Shown: positions 18,294 through 28,030, counted from the first letter of the stretch. The stretch: DNA of 32,000 nt from Candidatus Methanoperedens sp. (GCA_027460535.1 JAPZAR010000014.1:90001-122000); one strand, 5' to 3'. Notes: generated from the letters alone by a model not told the origin. Numbers and translations: made by a program.

Positions 18294-19052
18294 CTATCTT
18301 TTCAAAGCATGTACTAACTCGTATGTTTTATCGTAAATATTTCCCTGCATAATAGATGTTCCGACCAGGATCGCATCTGCCCCCGCGTTTATCATACGGA
18401 CGGCATCCTCTGGCGCTGAGATCCCGCTTTCGCTGATGATTATTCTATCGCTGATAAGCGGTGCCAGAGCTTCAGTGGTGGTGATGTCAACTTTCAGTGT
18501 ATCGAGGTCCCGATTGTTGATACCAATGATATTTGTATCTGTAGAAAGGGCGCTATCAAGCTCCTTTTTGTTATGTACCTCTACAAGCGGCTCAAGGCCG
18601 CAGGATATGGAATCCTCCACAAAATCGTTAAGTCTCTCTCCGAGAATACCCGCTATCAGGAGTATCAGATCGCTCTCCGATTCATATATCTGCCTTTTAT
18701 CTATAATGAAATCCTTTCGCAGAACGGGAAGCTTTACAGCTTCACGGACAGCTTTCAGGTTTTCCAGGCTGCCTTTGAAAAATTGAGGTTCCGTAAGCAC
18801 TGATATTGCCGCAGCCCCTGCTTTTTCCATCTGTACAGCGATATCTGCTGCATCCGCAGGTGTCACTGCCCTTATGAACCGTGTCGGTGAGGAGGGCTTG
18901 ACCTCCGTTATCACTGGAACAAGGTTATTCTTTTTTCTGATTTTTAAAATGTCCTGGAAACTTCGAGTTTTCTCATTCCTTTTTTTATCAGTTCCGTCTG
19001 GCGGGATTCTCTTTGCAGTATATGCCAATATCTCGTTAATTTTTGGATGCAT
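18294..19052 (-). CDS. trpC: Indole-3-glycerol-phosphate synthase
   Basis: [47 protein letters not shown] and ISESGI are present. Confidence 0.9.
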   Translation of the reverse strand: MHPKINEILAYTAKRIPPDGTDKKRNEKTRSFQDILKIRKKNNLVPVITEVKPSSPTRFIRAVTPADAADIAVQMEKAGAAAISVLTEPQFFKGSLENLKAVREAVKLPVLRKDFIIDKRQIYESESDLILLIAGILGERLNDFVEDSISCGLEPLVEVHNKKELDSALSTDTNIIGINNRDLDTLKVDITTTEALAPLISDRIIISESGISAPEDAVRMINAGADAILVGTSIMQGNIYDKTYELVHALKR

Positions 19053-19360
19053 AACTTTCGTGGATTGTACAATTTAGTACATTGATGTACAATTATGTTC
19101 ATCTTATTTAAGGATTATGGATAATTCCTTTCCATTATTTTTTTATCACATATCCCTCCATGCATATAGAATATTACACCGCTCAGGGGCAAGAATGATG
19201 CAACTCATGGAGCAATTCTGCATCTTTGAGGTTCTGAATCCATACCGTAGCACGATACTGTAAACGTGCCTACTACAGTCATTGTGCAGGATTCTCCGCA
19301 CTTGTCAACACTAGGTTCGCCGTAGTAATAACCCGCCAATTCTATCGACAGCAAAAGACA

Positions 19361-20147
19361 TCATCTCAAGAATTCAAGCTCATTTCTTAACTCGTCTATA
19401 ATCCTATCAAAGTCCGGGATTTCGTTCATCAGCCTTGTCAATCCGGTTTACCAGAAATCCCTTGCTTCGTTAAGCTTTGTTTTCTCAAAAAAATAATTCA
19501 TACCCCGGCTCAACGTTTTTATCCGTGCACTTCTTTATGAAGATCTCCTTTATTTTCTTTTTATCAAACGCTTCATTTTTCATTAGCATCCAGACATCGA
19601 AATAATCCCTGCTTTTGCCTCTCTGAATTATCGAACGCAGCTTTTCCGCAAATATTTCGTCCAGCGAGTAAACAAGAATATCGAATTTCCCAATATCTGC
19701 GTAATCGTCATCTATTTCTTTTCTCAGGGGCTCTAAAGTGAGAATTTCATTCAGGCTTATATCCACGCGGACGCTGTTCTTGCCAAGAGGGCCGGTGAAC
19801 TGCACCGTTCCTATATTGTGCCCCGGGGTCGAATGAAATTCTGCAAGATGAAATTCCATTCCGCTCTTTTCATTAAGCGCTTCAAAACAATCCACCAGCA
19901 TCGATTTTATTCTTGAATCCTGAATTCCCTCAATAACGGTAAAATCCAGGTCCTCAGAGAGCCTCCACGTTTTCGGGAAATATATTTTGCTCAAAGCAGT
20001 TCCGCCCTTGAATACAAGAACATCTTTCAAATCAGAAAAATATATGCCGTAAAGCAGCCAGCTCAAAGCATAGTCTTTTTCTATTACACCTGCCGGAAAC
20101 TTTTTTTCCCGTGCTATTTTCCGTATCTTTTCTGCGGCTATCAGAAT
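19361..20147 (-). pseudogene. abiEii: AbiEii/AbiGii-family nucleotidyltransferase toxin (DUF1814), disrupted
   Basis: The conserved N-terminus IAAEKIRKIAREKKFPAGVIEKDYALSWLLYGIY is in frame from 20147, but no ATG, GTG or TTG precedes TTG at 20066. The body contains VFKGGTALSKIY ... SEDLDF. The frame stops at 19485-19487 inside a 7-nt homopolymer (19487-19493). The expected C-terminus continues in the +1 frame (EKTKLNEARDFW, then TAA at 19450-19448, then TGLTRLMNEIPDFDRIIDELRNELEFLR, stop at 19363-19361). Confidence 0.7.
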
Positions 20148-20965
20148 TCATCACCGATTTTTCGATTTACCAGCAATCTCCATTTTTCATTGTATTTTCC
20201 CGTTCTCGTCTTTACAGAAGGATCCAGAACCGAATATCCTTTTGAAATATTTTTTAGCATTCTTTTCCTTAATCCTTCACCCAAATCCAGTTTCAAGATT
20301 TCAGATAAATACCCCAGCCTTTTAAGGATTGTTGCATTGCCCATCTTGATCGCATAATCAACTATTTTTTTATAAGACAAATCTATGCTTCTTAAGGCTT
20401 TTGTCGCTTCGGTTATATCGCCGCAGTACTCCGGACGGTCAAGGCAATCCGCAATTGTTTTTTCCCTGTCTGAAATATTAACGCTTTTCCCGGCGATGCT
20501 TGACGTGGTAAACCCAAAGAATTTATTCTTCGATAGAGTCACAAAGATATACTTCACGCCCAGAATCTCTTTATTGCTCTTTCTTTTTGTGGTTGCAATA
20601 AAAACCGAAAATGGAATTTGCTCTGTCATGTGATGATAATTCAGGGCGCTCCAATACGAGACATAATAAGGCTCGACCAGCTTTGAGCCGATTATAAACT
20701 CATGTTCTGTATATTTCGGCTTAACGCCCGCAGACAGGGGTATGATGAGATATTTACCTGCTTCTATCTTCTCAATCCATCGTTTCGCTTTAAGGTTGCT
20801 TATTATTTTACGGGATGCTGCATAAGATTTATTAAGAACTTTTGACACATCATTCACAGTAAATATTTCCGTTTCCTCTTCGGATAAGTTTGAAAGTAAA
20901 TAGGACTCTGTTTTTGAAAGGCTCTTTCTATTATTGTTTGTAAGAATAGTGTCTGATTTAGGCAT
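20141..20965 (-). CDS. abiEi: AbiEi-family antitoxin / transcriptional regulator (type IV TA, abortive-infection AbiE)
   Basis: An N-terminal wHTH-like region (FTVNDVSKVLNKSYAASRKIISNLKAKRWIEKIEAGKYLI) is followed by a C-terminal AbiEi_3/4-like region (YYVSYWSALNYHHMTEQIP ... ISDREKTIADCLDRPEYCG). It is intact at 274 aa. A TATA-like TATTTATAAAG lies at 20987-20997, about 25-30 nt upstream of the ATG. Confidence 0.8.
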   Translation of the reverse strand: MPKSDTILTNNNRKSLSKTESYLLSNLSEEETEIFTVNDVSKVLNKSYAASRKIISNLKAKRWIEKIEAGKYLIIPLSAGVKPKYTEHEFIIGSKLVEPYYVSYWSALNYHHMTEQIPFSVFIATTKRKSNKEILGVKYIFVTLSKNKFFGFTTSSIAGKSVNISDREKTIADCLDRPEYCGDITEATKALRSIDLSYKKIVDYAIKMGNATILKRLGYLSEILKLDLGEGLRKRMLKNISKGYSVLDPSVKTRTGKYNEKWRLLVNRKIGDEF

Positions 20966-21485
20966 ATATATTACAATGAATGTAGGTATTTATAAAGATG
21001 ATTCTATTTAAACGCTCAGGGCCAGGAGTATCTATGCGCTTCCTCTCCAGCAGACTTCGCTTGAAGAGCATGCCACCTGTTTTTTCATGCAGGACTGCGC
21101 CAGAGGGTTTGAGCTTGCACAGTAAACGCCAATATTATGTTATTACTTATACATATTGAATTACTTTTAATATTCAAAGGATCGCCCTTACTGTATCTAT
21201 GAGCTTACTTTCGATTTTTACGAACTGATGTTTTTGTCGCTGGTGTTAAAAAGTGATCGTGACAATTCGTTTTGGTAGTTATCGCCCAGCCACACCGACA
21301 CCGGGCGCACCGTCCCCGGAGGGATTCGGCAGAGCTGAACCTTTGGCGGCGCGCCGGGTGGAGGGCGCCCCGCTCCCCGTCTTGGATCATATACAATAAT
21401 TGACCGTCAATATGGGGGGATGGATTTATATTGGAAAGACTTAAGAATATATAAGAGTGAATCATGCAGAAAGCCTTGGAGAAAA

Positions 21486-22160
21486 ATGAATATCAGTGAC
21501 AACATAGGAAATTATTTGGAAGGTCGTTCACCCGATAAGAGATATTCATCTTTTGATTACTGCTATAATTATTTCCGTGAATTCTATGAGCAGGGAAATA
21601 TTGAGGCTATCGCCAGCTCTACTAATGTTCAGTTAAGTTGCCTGCAAATTGGCTTTTATCTTTCCAGTTGGGGAATGCTGAGAGGTTCGTCATTTCTATT
21701 AAAGAAAAGTGTTAGGCATTATGAAAAACTGATATCTGTTATCGCCAAAATGCCAAAAAGTTATTGGGAGATTGACCTTGATACTTACTCGGGCGAGAGA
21801 ATTTCATTGTTGCTTGGAATATATGAACAGATTTCTGGTTGTCTCGGCGAAGATGATGAATATGCATCTACCACATTAGTTACAAAGATAATGCTTGGAG
21901 TATTCGGCAATGTCCCAGCCTTAGATGATAATTTTTGCAAAGGATTTGGTTTCAGTAAATATTTTAGTGTTTCATTATTGCAAAAAATTTCAGGTTTCTA
22001 TCAGACTAACAAAGAAGAATTTGATAAACATAGAATTAAGACAATTGATTTTAGCACGGGCAAGGAGACCGCTCGTTTCTATACAAAAGCAAAATTGATT
22101 GATATGGTAGGCTTTATTGAGGGGCTTAAGAAGTCTTCAAAATCTCAGGTACTTTCATAA
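21486..22160 (+). CDS. Hypothetical protein (225 aa from ATG 21486; 246 aa if ATG 21420)
   Basis: The ORF has GGAG 5 nt upstream of ATG 21486. Conserved-looking blocks include RYSSFDYCYNYF, GFYLSSWGMLRGSSFLL, TTLVTKIMLGVFGNVPALDDNF and YTKAKLIDMVGF. I cannot name a family. Confidence 0.6.
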   Translation: MNISDNIGNYLEGRSPDKRYSSFDYCYNYFREFYEQGNIEAIASSTNVQLSCLQIGFYLSSWGMLRGSSFLLKKSVRHYEKLISVIAKMPKSYWEIDLDTYSGERISLLLGIYEQISGCLGEDDEYASTTLVTKIMLGVFGNVPALDDNFCKGFGFSKYFSVSLLQKISGFYQTNKEEFDKHRIKTIDFSTGKETARFYTKAKLIDMVGFIEGLKKSSKSQVLS

Positions 22161-22178
22161 TTCGTAAGAGATAAAAAT

Positions 22179-22895
22179 CTATATGTAAAGACTTATAGGG
22201 TTTTTGGTTTTATCTTTTGCGGCGAAATCGAGTTTTCCTGAGAACTCAATATTTCTGAATCCAGAGCTCTTTAACATGGCCAATATCTCTTCGATGCTGT
22301 ATCCCCATACATCAAAATGCTGGGCGAAACCATATTCGAGGAAAGTCCCGTCCATGCTTATCCCGCCTGTTTTTGCATCTATTTTTCTTTCCCAGATTAT
22401 TTGAATGTCCTTTTTTCCGGGAAGCATTCTTCTACGAAATGGTTTCTCATTGATGAGAACATCAAACAGAAAAATTCCATTTTCATCCATGCAGCCCTGG
22501 ATTTTTTTCAGGACGTTCAAAATATTATTTTTTCTGATATGTGAAAGGACGTTCCCAATACTGTAGACCAGGTCAAATTTCCCAAGATGCGAAAAATCAT
22601 CGATCTCTACATCAAAAACCTCAAACTCAGCCTTCCCTGGCATATTCCCGGCTCTTTTTTTCGCACGTTCTATTGCCGACGATTCCATATCAAGACCGGT
22701 TACAGAAAAGCCATTTCTGGAGAACTCAATGGCATGCAGCCCCCCGCTGCATCCTATATCAAGGACCCGCGATTTCCCTGCTCTGTACCATGAAAGTATC
22801 TGCTCTACTTCAGTGATATGTTCGCCATGGGGATAATGTGAGTTTTCGTATATTTCCAACCCTTCGTCCCTGTAGAGTCCCGTCAAGGCCATCAT
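22179..22895 (-). CDS. Class I SAM-dependent methyltransferase
   Basis: Motif I is VLDIGCSGGLHA, post-I is VTGLDMES, and FDLVYSIGNVLSHI follows. There is a 4-nt overlap with the upstream gene. Confidence 0.8.
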   Translation of the reverse strand: MMALTGLYRDEGLEIYENSHYPHGEHITEVEQILSWYRAGKSRVLDIGCSGGLHAIEFSRNGFSVTGLDMESSAIERAKKRAGNMPGKAEFEVFDVEIDDFSHLGKFDLVYSIGNVLSHIRKNNILNVLKKIQGCMDENGIFLFDVLINEKPFRRRMLPGKKDIQIIWERKIDAKTGGISMDGTFLEYGFAQHFDVWGYSIEEILAMLKSSGFRNIEFSGKLDFAAKDKTKNPISLYI

Positions 22896-23509
22896 ACCCT
22901 GCTGAAAGATTCCGCAATTTCAGTCTCAGAAAAGAATATTTTTTTAGTTCTCTTGAATTCCCTTGCCCGTTTCATCGCGCCGGCGTAAGCATACATCCAG
23001 TTCTCATTAATATAGATCGAGCCATCCCTTATACTCTGCATGCTCAGGCTCCCGCCGCCGAACTCCTTGAGCAGCTGGATTGATGCTACCACCGCCGCCT
23101 GGTATTCTTCGATATCCTTTGATTCCGTTGCTATATCATGGAGCAGCATCTTGAACATGCTCTTGAATTTATTCGAAGGCATGAATTGATTTCCTTCGAC
23201 TTTTGTAAGCACGTTTATTTCAACCAGGTCGGATGTCAGTTTGTTGATTATATCTTCGGTCCATTTCTCCATCGGGTTATCGGTATCATTATATGCGGTC
23301 ATCACCCCGGTCGTCAGCTCTTCAATTTCCTTTTTATCTTCAAATCTCTTGAGAGCATATTCCGATGACTTTAATTCAGGTGTCGTGAATATATAATATC
23401 TCAGAAGGTTCCTGAGCTTATCGCCGTTCTCCCCTTCCACGATTCTCAAATTTTTGAGTATGCTGTACTCTATATCGCTCAGGTCTGTGCAAACTTTCTG
23501 CATTTTCAT
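22892..23509 (-). CDS. Hypothetical protein (205 aa)
   Basis: This ORF is translationally coupled on both sides by 4-nt overlaps (23506-23509 and 22892-22895). It has no recognisable motifs. Confidence 0.55.
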   Translation of the reverse strand: MKMQKVCTDLSDIEYSILKNLRIVEGENGDKLRNLLRYYIFTTPELKSSEYALKRFEDKKEIEELTTGVMTAYNDTDNPMEKWTEDIINKLTSDLVEINVLTKVEGNQFMPSNKFKSMFKMLLHDIATESKDIEEYQAAVVASIQLLKEFGGGSLSMQSIRDGSIYINENWMYAYAGAMKRAREFKRTKKIFFSETEIAESFSRV

Positions 23510-24144
23510 CCCTGTTTTTTCATCGCTTCCTCGCCCAGTTTCAGTTTTGTCGCAAGCTCAGCAACCCTCTTACCAAGAGCTCTTGCGAGAGCTGAGGCTC
23601 CCGGTGTGAAAGGTAGGTCCGCCATCGAACCTGTTACTGCAGAGGCTCCATACGGTGATCCGCCTGCGGTTGTTGTGAACAAATGGTCTTCAGAATACGG
23701 GATCCCGGCAATGATCATTCCGTGATGGAGCATGGGGATGAACATGGTCAGAAGTGTTGTCTCCTGTCCCCCGTGGATCGATGTGCTGGATGTAAAAGCT
23801 GCACCGATTTTTCCTACAAGGCCTCCTTTTACCCATACGCCAGCCGTCTTATCTATGAAATCCTTGAGAGAAGAACTCATATTGCCATAGCGCGTGGGAC
23901 TCCCGAAAATAACGGCATCGGCATCGAAAAGATCATTGGCCTTTGCTTCGGGGATGCTCTTCAGGTTCTCCCGTATCTTCTTCCAGCGCTCGTCTTTCTG
24001 GATTATTTCTTCAGGGGCAAGTTCTGCTGTCCTTCGCAGAATAACCTCGCATCCTTTAACAGATCGGGCGCCCTCAGCTATCAATTCTGCGAGTTTTAAG
24101 GTATTACCGTAGCGGGTATAGAAAATTATGTAGACTTTTATCAT
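23506..24144 (-). CDS. wrbA: NAD(P)H:quinone oxidoreductase, WrbA type
   Basis: VYIIFYTRYGNT, VIFGSPTRYGNMSS, KIGAAFTSSTSIHGGQETT and GGSPYGAS are present. Confidence 0.85.
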   Translation of the reverse strand: MIKVYIIFYTRYGNTLKLAELIAEGARSVKGCEVILRRTAELAPEEIIQKDERWKKIRENLKSIPEAKANDLFDADAVIFGSPTRYGNMSSSLKDFIDKTAGVWVKGGLVGKIGAAFTSSTSIHGGQETTLLTMFIPMLHHGMIIAGIPYSEDHLFTTTAGGSPYGASAVTGSMADLPFTPGASALARALGKRVAELATKLKLGEEAMKKQG

Positions 24145-24204
24145 TTTATTCCCCTGATGGCTAACCGGTTATATTATAGTTAATCTCTATACTTAAATAA
24201 TACA

Positions 24205-25590
24205 ATGCATAAAAAGGCGATCGTGGATAATAATAACAGAAGTCAGTTCATCAGGCAAAAAACATATTTCGCAGTTCTCAAGCTTCTAGATACCATCTCT
24301 TTCGAAAAAAAATACCCTGATGCGCTCCTCGGAGACCTTTTCAAGAGAGAAGAATTTTCATCATCTGAAAAAGCTGCTATCGTTGGACTTACCTATGGGA
24401 TACTGAGGCATCGGGCAAGGATCGATTTTATCATTGAAAATGCATCCAGAGCCATGATCCTGGGGCTTGACCAAAATATTCTCAATATGCTCAGGATATG
24501 TACATACCAGGCCGTGTTTGCACAAACCTCCGCGATTGCGATATTGAATAATGCAATAGCGTTATCGGTGAGCCAGAAAAAATTTTCCGGGTTTGTAAAG
24601 AGAACAGTTGAGGGGGTGTTAAGGAATAAAGACGAGATAATCTTTCCTGATATGGGGAAAAATCCAGTTGAACATATATCCATATACCATTCACATCCAT
24701 CATGGATAGTGGAAAAATGGCTTTCGGAATTCCGGGAGCCAAATCAGGTGGATGCTCTTTGTCTTGCCAATAATCTTGAACCTCCTTTGACGATCAGGGT
24801 AAATCCGCTCAAGACAGATAGGAATACTCTTCAAAGCTTGCTGGAATCCGAAGGTTATTATTCAACGCCAACAGTTTTTTCTCCTTTTGGTCTCTTTGTT
24901 GATAAAAAGGAGGATATTTTCAAGACAGAAGCGTTCAGGAGCGGGCTTTTTGAGGTCCAGGACGAGGGAAGCCAGCTTATCACGCTGCTTACGGGCTCAA
25001 AGCCGGGAGAATGCGTGATCGATGCATGTGCCGGTAACGGAGGAAAATCACTCTTCCTTTCAGGATTGATGAAAGCTAAAGGGAATATCATAGCTCTGGA
25101 TACCAGCAAGCCAAAACTGGCAAATCTGAGAAGAAGGGCGAGCAGGGCTGGGGCTTCAAACATAAAGACATCCGATATTGATGAAATTCATCTGTATAAT
25201 GGCGCTGCTGACTGTGTTCTTATAGATGCCCCGTGCTCGGGTATGGGTGTGTTCCGTAGAAACCCAGATTCAAAATGGAATTTGACCCGTGAGGATATTG
25301 GAGAGCTTGCTGTGAAGCAGAAAGAGATCATCCGGAATTACAGCAGGCTCGTTAAAACAAGAGGAAGGCTGGTTTATGCAACCTGCACGATAAGCCGGGA
25401 AGAGAATGAAGAGATTATTATGGCATTTCTTGAAAAGAACAAAGATTTTCATCTTATCCCTGCATCCGAAGTTAATCCGGATATTTTTAGCACATTTACT
25501 ACAGAAAGAGGATTTTTCAGATCGTTGCCTCAGGTTCATAACACAGATGGGTTTTTCGCAGCTTTGATGAGGCGAGCCGGGAATAGTTAA
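24205..25590 (+). CDS. rsmB: RsmB/Sun (NOL1/NOP2/Sun) family RNA cytosine-C5 methyltransferase with an N-terminal NusB-like domain
   Basis: FEVQDEGSQL, DACAGNGGKS, LIDAPCSGMGVFRRNPD and YATCTISREENE are present. The N-terminal roughly 130 aa are helical and NusB-like. Confidence 0.85.
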   Translation: MHKKAIVDNNNRSQFIRQKTYFAVLKLLDTISFEKKYPDALLGDLFKREEFSSSEKAAIVGLTYGILRHRARIDFIIENASRAMILGLDQNILNMLRICTYQAVFAQTSAIAILNNAIALSVSQKKFSGFVKRTVEGVLRNKDEIIFPDMGKNPVEHISIYHSHPSWIVEKWLSEFREPNQVDALCLANNLEPPLTIRVNPLKTDRNTLQSLLESEGYYSTPTVFSPFGLFVDKKEDIFKTEAFRSGLFEVQDEGSQLITLLTGSKPGECVIDACAGNGGKSLFLSGLMKAKGNIIALDTSKPKLANLRRRASRAGASNIKTSDIDEIHLYNGAADCVLIDAPCSGMGVFRRNPDSKWNLTREDIGELAVKQKEIIRNYSRLVKTRGRLVYATCTISREENEEIIMAFLEKNKDFHLIPASEVNPDIFSTFTTERGFFRSLPQVHNTDGFFAALMRRAGNS

Positions 25591-25650
25591 ATGCTGCCAC
25601 ACTCAAACATTTAAACCATAAAATAAAATATAGGATAACACGCAGGATAT

Positions 25651-27060
25651 ATGTTCGTCCCAGGAAAAATGTTATTGATCCCTGTAGCCATAATAATGTT
25701 ATCCGGGACTGCGCATGCTGACATTTCCTATACTCTAAATTTGATACCGAACTCCTCCCCCGTTTACACCGGCGAGACCATTAATATTTCTTTTTTGCTC
25801 ACGAATTATAATTTTTTTTATTCTGGCATGTGTGCCATCGGTTTAGATTCAGAACCATGGTCGTCAGAATATGTGATAAGTGCAGGCTCTACTTTGAATC
25901 CATCTTTGCCTGTCAAGGCACCTCCATGGGGAAGTGGAGCCGGAAATGTTCGGCATATAGTCAATTCTTATTGTTATGATTTGAGCGATCAAGTAAAAGT
26001 TTACAGGAATGTTTCTTTCAATCTCAACTACACCGAAAACCCGGGATACATAGCCAGCATTGTAAATAGTGCGATATATGGAGCCCAGTCCGCCATAAAT
26101 AATGCCCAGAGTGCCTTAGACGGGGCAAAAGATCTGGGTGCAGATGCCAAGCTCGCTGAAAGTAAGCAGCTTGGTGCTAAAAATCTTATCGGCAAGGCCG
26201 GAATCAAGAAATCTGATTCAGATTCGTATTTTAGCTCCGGAAGGTATGAAAAGGGAGTTGCTGCGGCAAATGAATCCAGATCTTTTGCAGAAATGGCAAA
26301 AATCAATGCAGACAACGCTTATTATCTTGCAATCCAGGCTGAACTGGAGTACAACAACACCGAAGAAGGCCAGACCAAATCGATGTTATCCATGGCGCAG
26401 TCGACTTATTTCAATGCCATTTCCATATTGAACAGTACAAATGACGCAGCTAAGCAGCTTTCTGGCATCGGCGTTGAAACAGGTGTATTTATCCAGGATA
26501 TGGAAAAAATTTCCCTTACTCTTAATGATTCAAAACCGGAGTTAGAAAAGGCAAGAACAAGTTATGAAAATAGGGAGTTTAATGATAGCAGGGCTCTATC
26601 CGGATCAATACAGGCTATGGCTGAAAAGAATCTTGCCCTTTTGAACGAAATTGACAAGGGAATGGCATCATCTGCCATTGATAAAGTTAATAACAAATAT
26701 ACATCAGTCAGCAAGAGCTATGATATCGCTGCCGGAGAACTGGAAGATTCAAGATTAAAGTTAGATGAGGATATTTTTAATGCGAAAAAGGAAAAATTGG
26801 ACAATGCAAAGAAAAGTCTGGATATTGCCCTCAATCTGATTTCTCAGGCAAGATATTATTCTGACAATAGGAGATATTCCGATGTGGTCACTCCTTTAAA
26901 AGCAGCATCTGAAGAGCTTGGAAAAGCCGAACATGAGTTAAAATCAAATTCCCAGGCACCTTCATTCAAAGCCATACCCGCTTTAGCGGGCATTTCAGTT
27001 ATGTATCTGGCTGCAAAAAAAACCCATAAAAAATTCAAATCGGGGAAAGTTAGATTTTAA
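25651..27060 (+). CDS. Secreted, C-terminally anchored coiled-coil-rich surface protein (hypothetical)
   Basis: A signal peptide MLLIPVAIIMLSGTAHA-D is present. A long Ala/Lys/Glu/Asn-rich helical region follows. A C-terminal hydrophobic anchor IPALAGISVMYLAA is followed by the basic tail KKTHKKFK. Confidence 0.6.
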   Translation: MFVPGKMLLIPVAIIMLSGTAHADISYTLNLIPNSSPVYTGETINISFLLTNYNFFYSGMCAIGLDSEPWSSEYVISAGSTLNPSLPVKAPPWGSGAGNVRHIVNSYCYDLSDQVKVYRNVSFNLNYTENPGYIASIVNSAIYGAQSAINNAQSALDGAKDLGADAKLAESKQLGAKNLIGKAGIKKSDSDSYFSSGRYEKGVAAANESRSFAEMAKINADNAYYLAIQAELEYNNTEEGQTKSMLSMAQSTYFNAISILNSTNDAAKQLSGIGVETGVFIQDMEKISLTLNDSKPELEKARTSYENREFNDSRALSGSIQAMAEKNLALLNEIDKGMASSAIDKVNNKYTSVSKSYDIAAGELEDSRLKLDEDIFNAKKEKLDNAKKSLDIALNLISQARYYSDNRRYSDVVTPLKAASEELGKAEHELKSNSQAPSFKAIPALAGISVMYLAAKKTHKKFKSGKVRF

Positions 27061-27061
27061 G

Positions 27062-28030
27062 CTAACCCGTTACTTTCAGCTCTTCCAGCATTTTTCTCAA
27101 GGTCGTTGCTGTTTTTCCTTCCGCATCACTGATAATCTGCTTTGAGGGAGGTGCTTCAAGATAATTCGCTATCCTCTGTGAGATCCGTTCCTGGTAAGTT
27201 GACACAAGCTCGTTCTGATAAAACACTCCCATCGGGATCCTGTCTCCCCATTCCTGCGCCTTTGTCATTGCGGCAATTGTTTTTGCAACCGTCTCATCCT
27301 GTTTGTGCACCACGCCGTCATAGCCTGTTTCCTCAAGCTTGTACAGCCTTGGAACAGGTTTTCCGGTCGCAGGGTCCTTGCGGTCTTCCCCCCCATACCA
27401 TTCTTTGGTGTTTATGTTATTGTAAGTTGGACAGGGCTGCTGGATGACAACCAGAGCCATCCCGCGATGAGAGATAGCTTTTTTTATGGTTTCCTTGAGG
27501 TGGGAAACGTCATACGCATACCCTCTGGCTATGAAGGTGTAACCTGATGCAAGAGCAAGAGCAATGGGATTAATGCCCTCGTTTATATTGGGTCTCGGAA
27601 GCGCTTTGGTCTGCACACCCAGCTTGAGCGTGGGCGAAGCCTGCCCTTTCGTCAGGCCGTAGACGCCGTTATCATGGATGAGGTAGGTCATATCCACGTT
27701 CCTCCTGCCTGTATTGACAAAATGCCCTGCGCCGATCCCAAGCCCGTCGCCGTCACCCCCCACGGCTATCACTTCAAGTTCAGGGGCCGCAAGTTTTGCT
27801 CCTATGGCAAAGGGCAGCTCCCTTCCATGCAGCGTATGGACACCATAAGCGTTGATCCAGTGTGGAAGCTTTCCGTGGCATCCAATTCCTGAGAATATGG
27901 CCACCCTCGATGGTTCCAACTGCATATCGGCCAGCGTCATCTGCACGGCTGTGAGTATCCCGAAATTCCCGCATCCCGGGCACCAATCATTGAAAAGAGG
28001 GGTTTTATAATCTGCCATCTTAAGCGCCAT
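27062..28030 (-). CDS. 2-oxoacid:ferredoxin oxidoreductase beta (TPP-binding) subunit
   Basis: [17 protein letters not shown] and [14 protein letters not shown] (TPP motif) are present. The gene overlaps the alpha gene by 11 nt. Substrate specificity cannot be called from sequence alone. Confidence 0.9.
   Translation of the reverse strand: MALKMADYKTPLFNDWCPGCGNFGILTAVQMTLADMQLEPSRVAIFSGIGCHGKLPHWINAYGVHTLHGRELPFAIGAKLAAPELEVIAVGGDGDGLGIGAGHFVNTGRRNVDMTYLIHDNGVYGLTKGQASPTLKLGVQTKALPRPNINEGINPIALALASGYTFIARGYAYDVSHLKETIKKAISHRGMALVVIQQPCPTYNNINTKEWYGGEDRKDPATGKPVPRLYKLEETGYDGVVHKQDETVAKTIAAMTKAQEWGDRIPMGVFYQNELVSTYQERISQRIANYLEAPPSKQIISDAEGKTATTLRKMLEELKVTG

Noticed and set aside
19178-21027. 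CGCTCAGGGGCAAGA (about 19180-19194) and CGCTCAGGGCCAGGA (about 21012-21026) considered as direct repeats flanking the AbiE module
   Set aside because: Only about 13 of 15 positions match and there is no extended similarity on either side. This is compatible with chance. It is worth a computational check but is not reportable as a feature.
21205-21465. An 86-aa minus-strand ORF
   Set aside because: It exists only because the GC-rich element lacks stop codons. The translation is Arg/Cys/Ala-rich and there is no start context.
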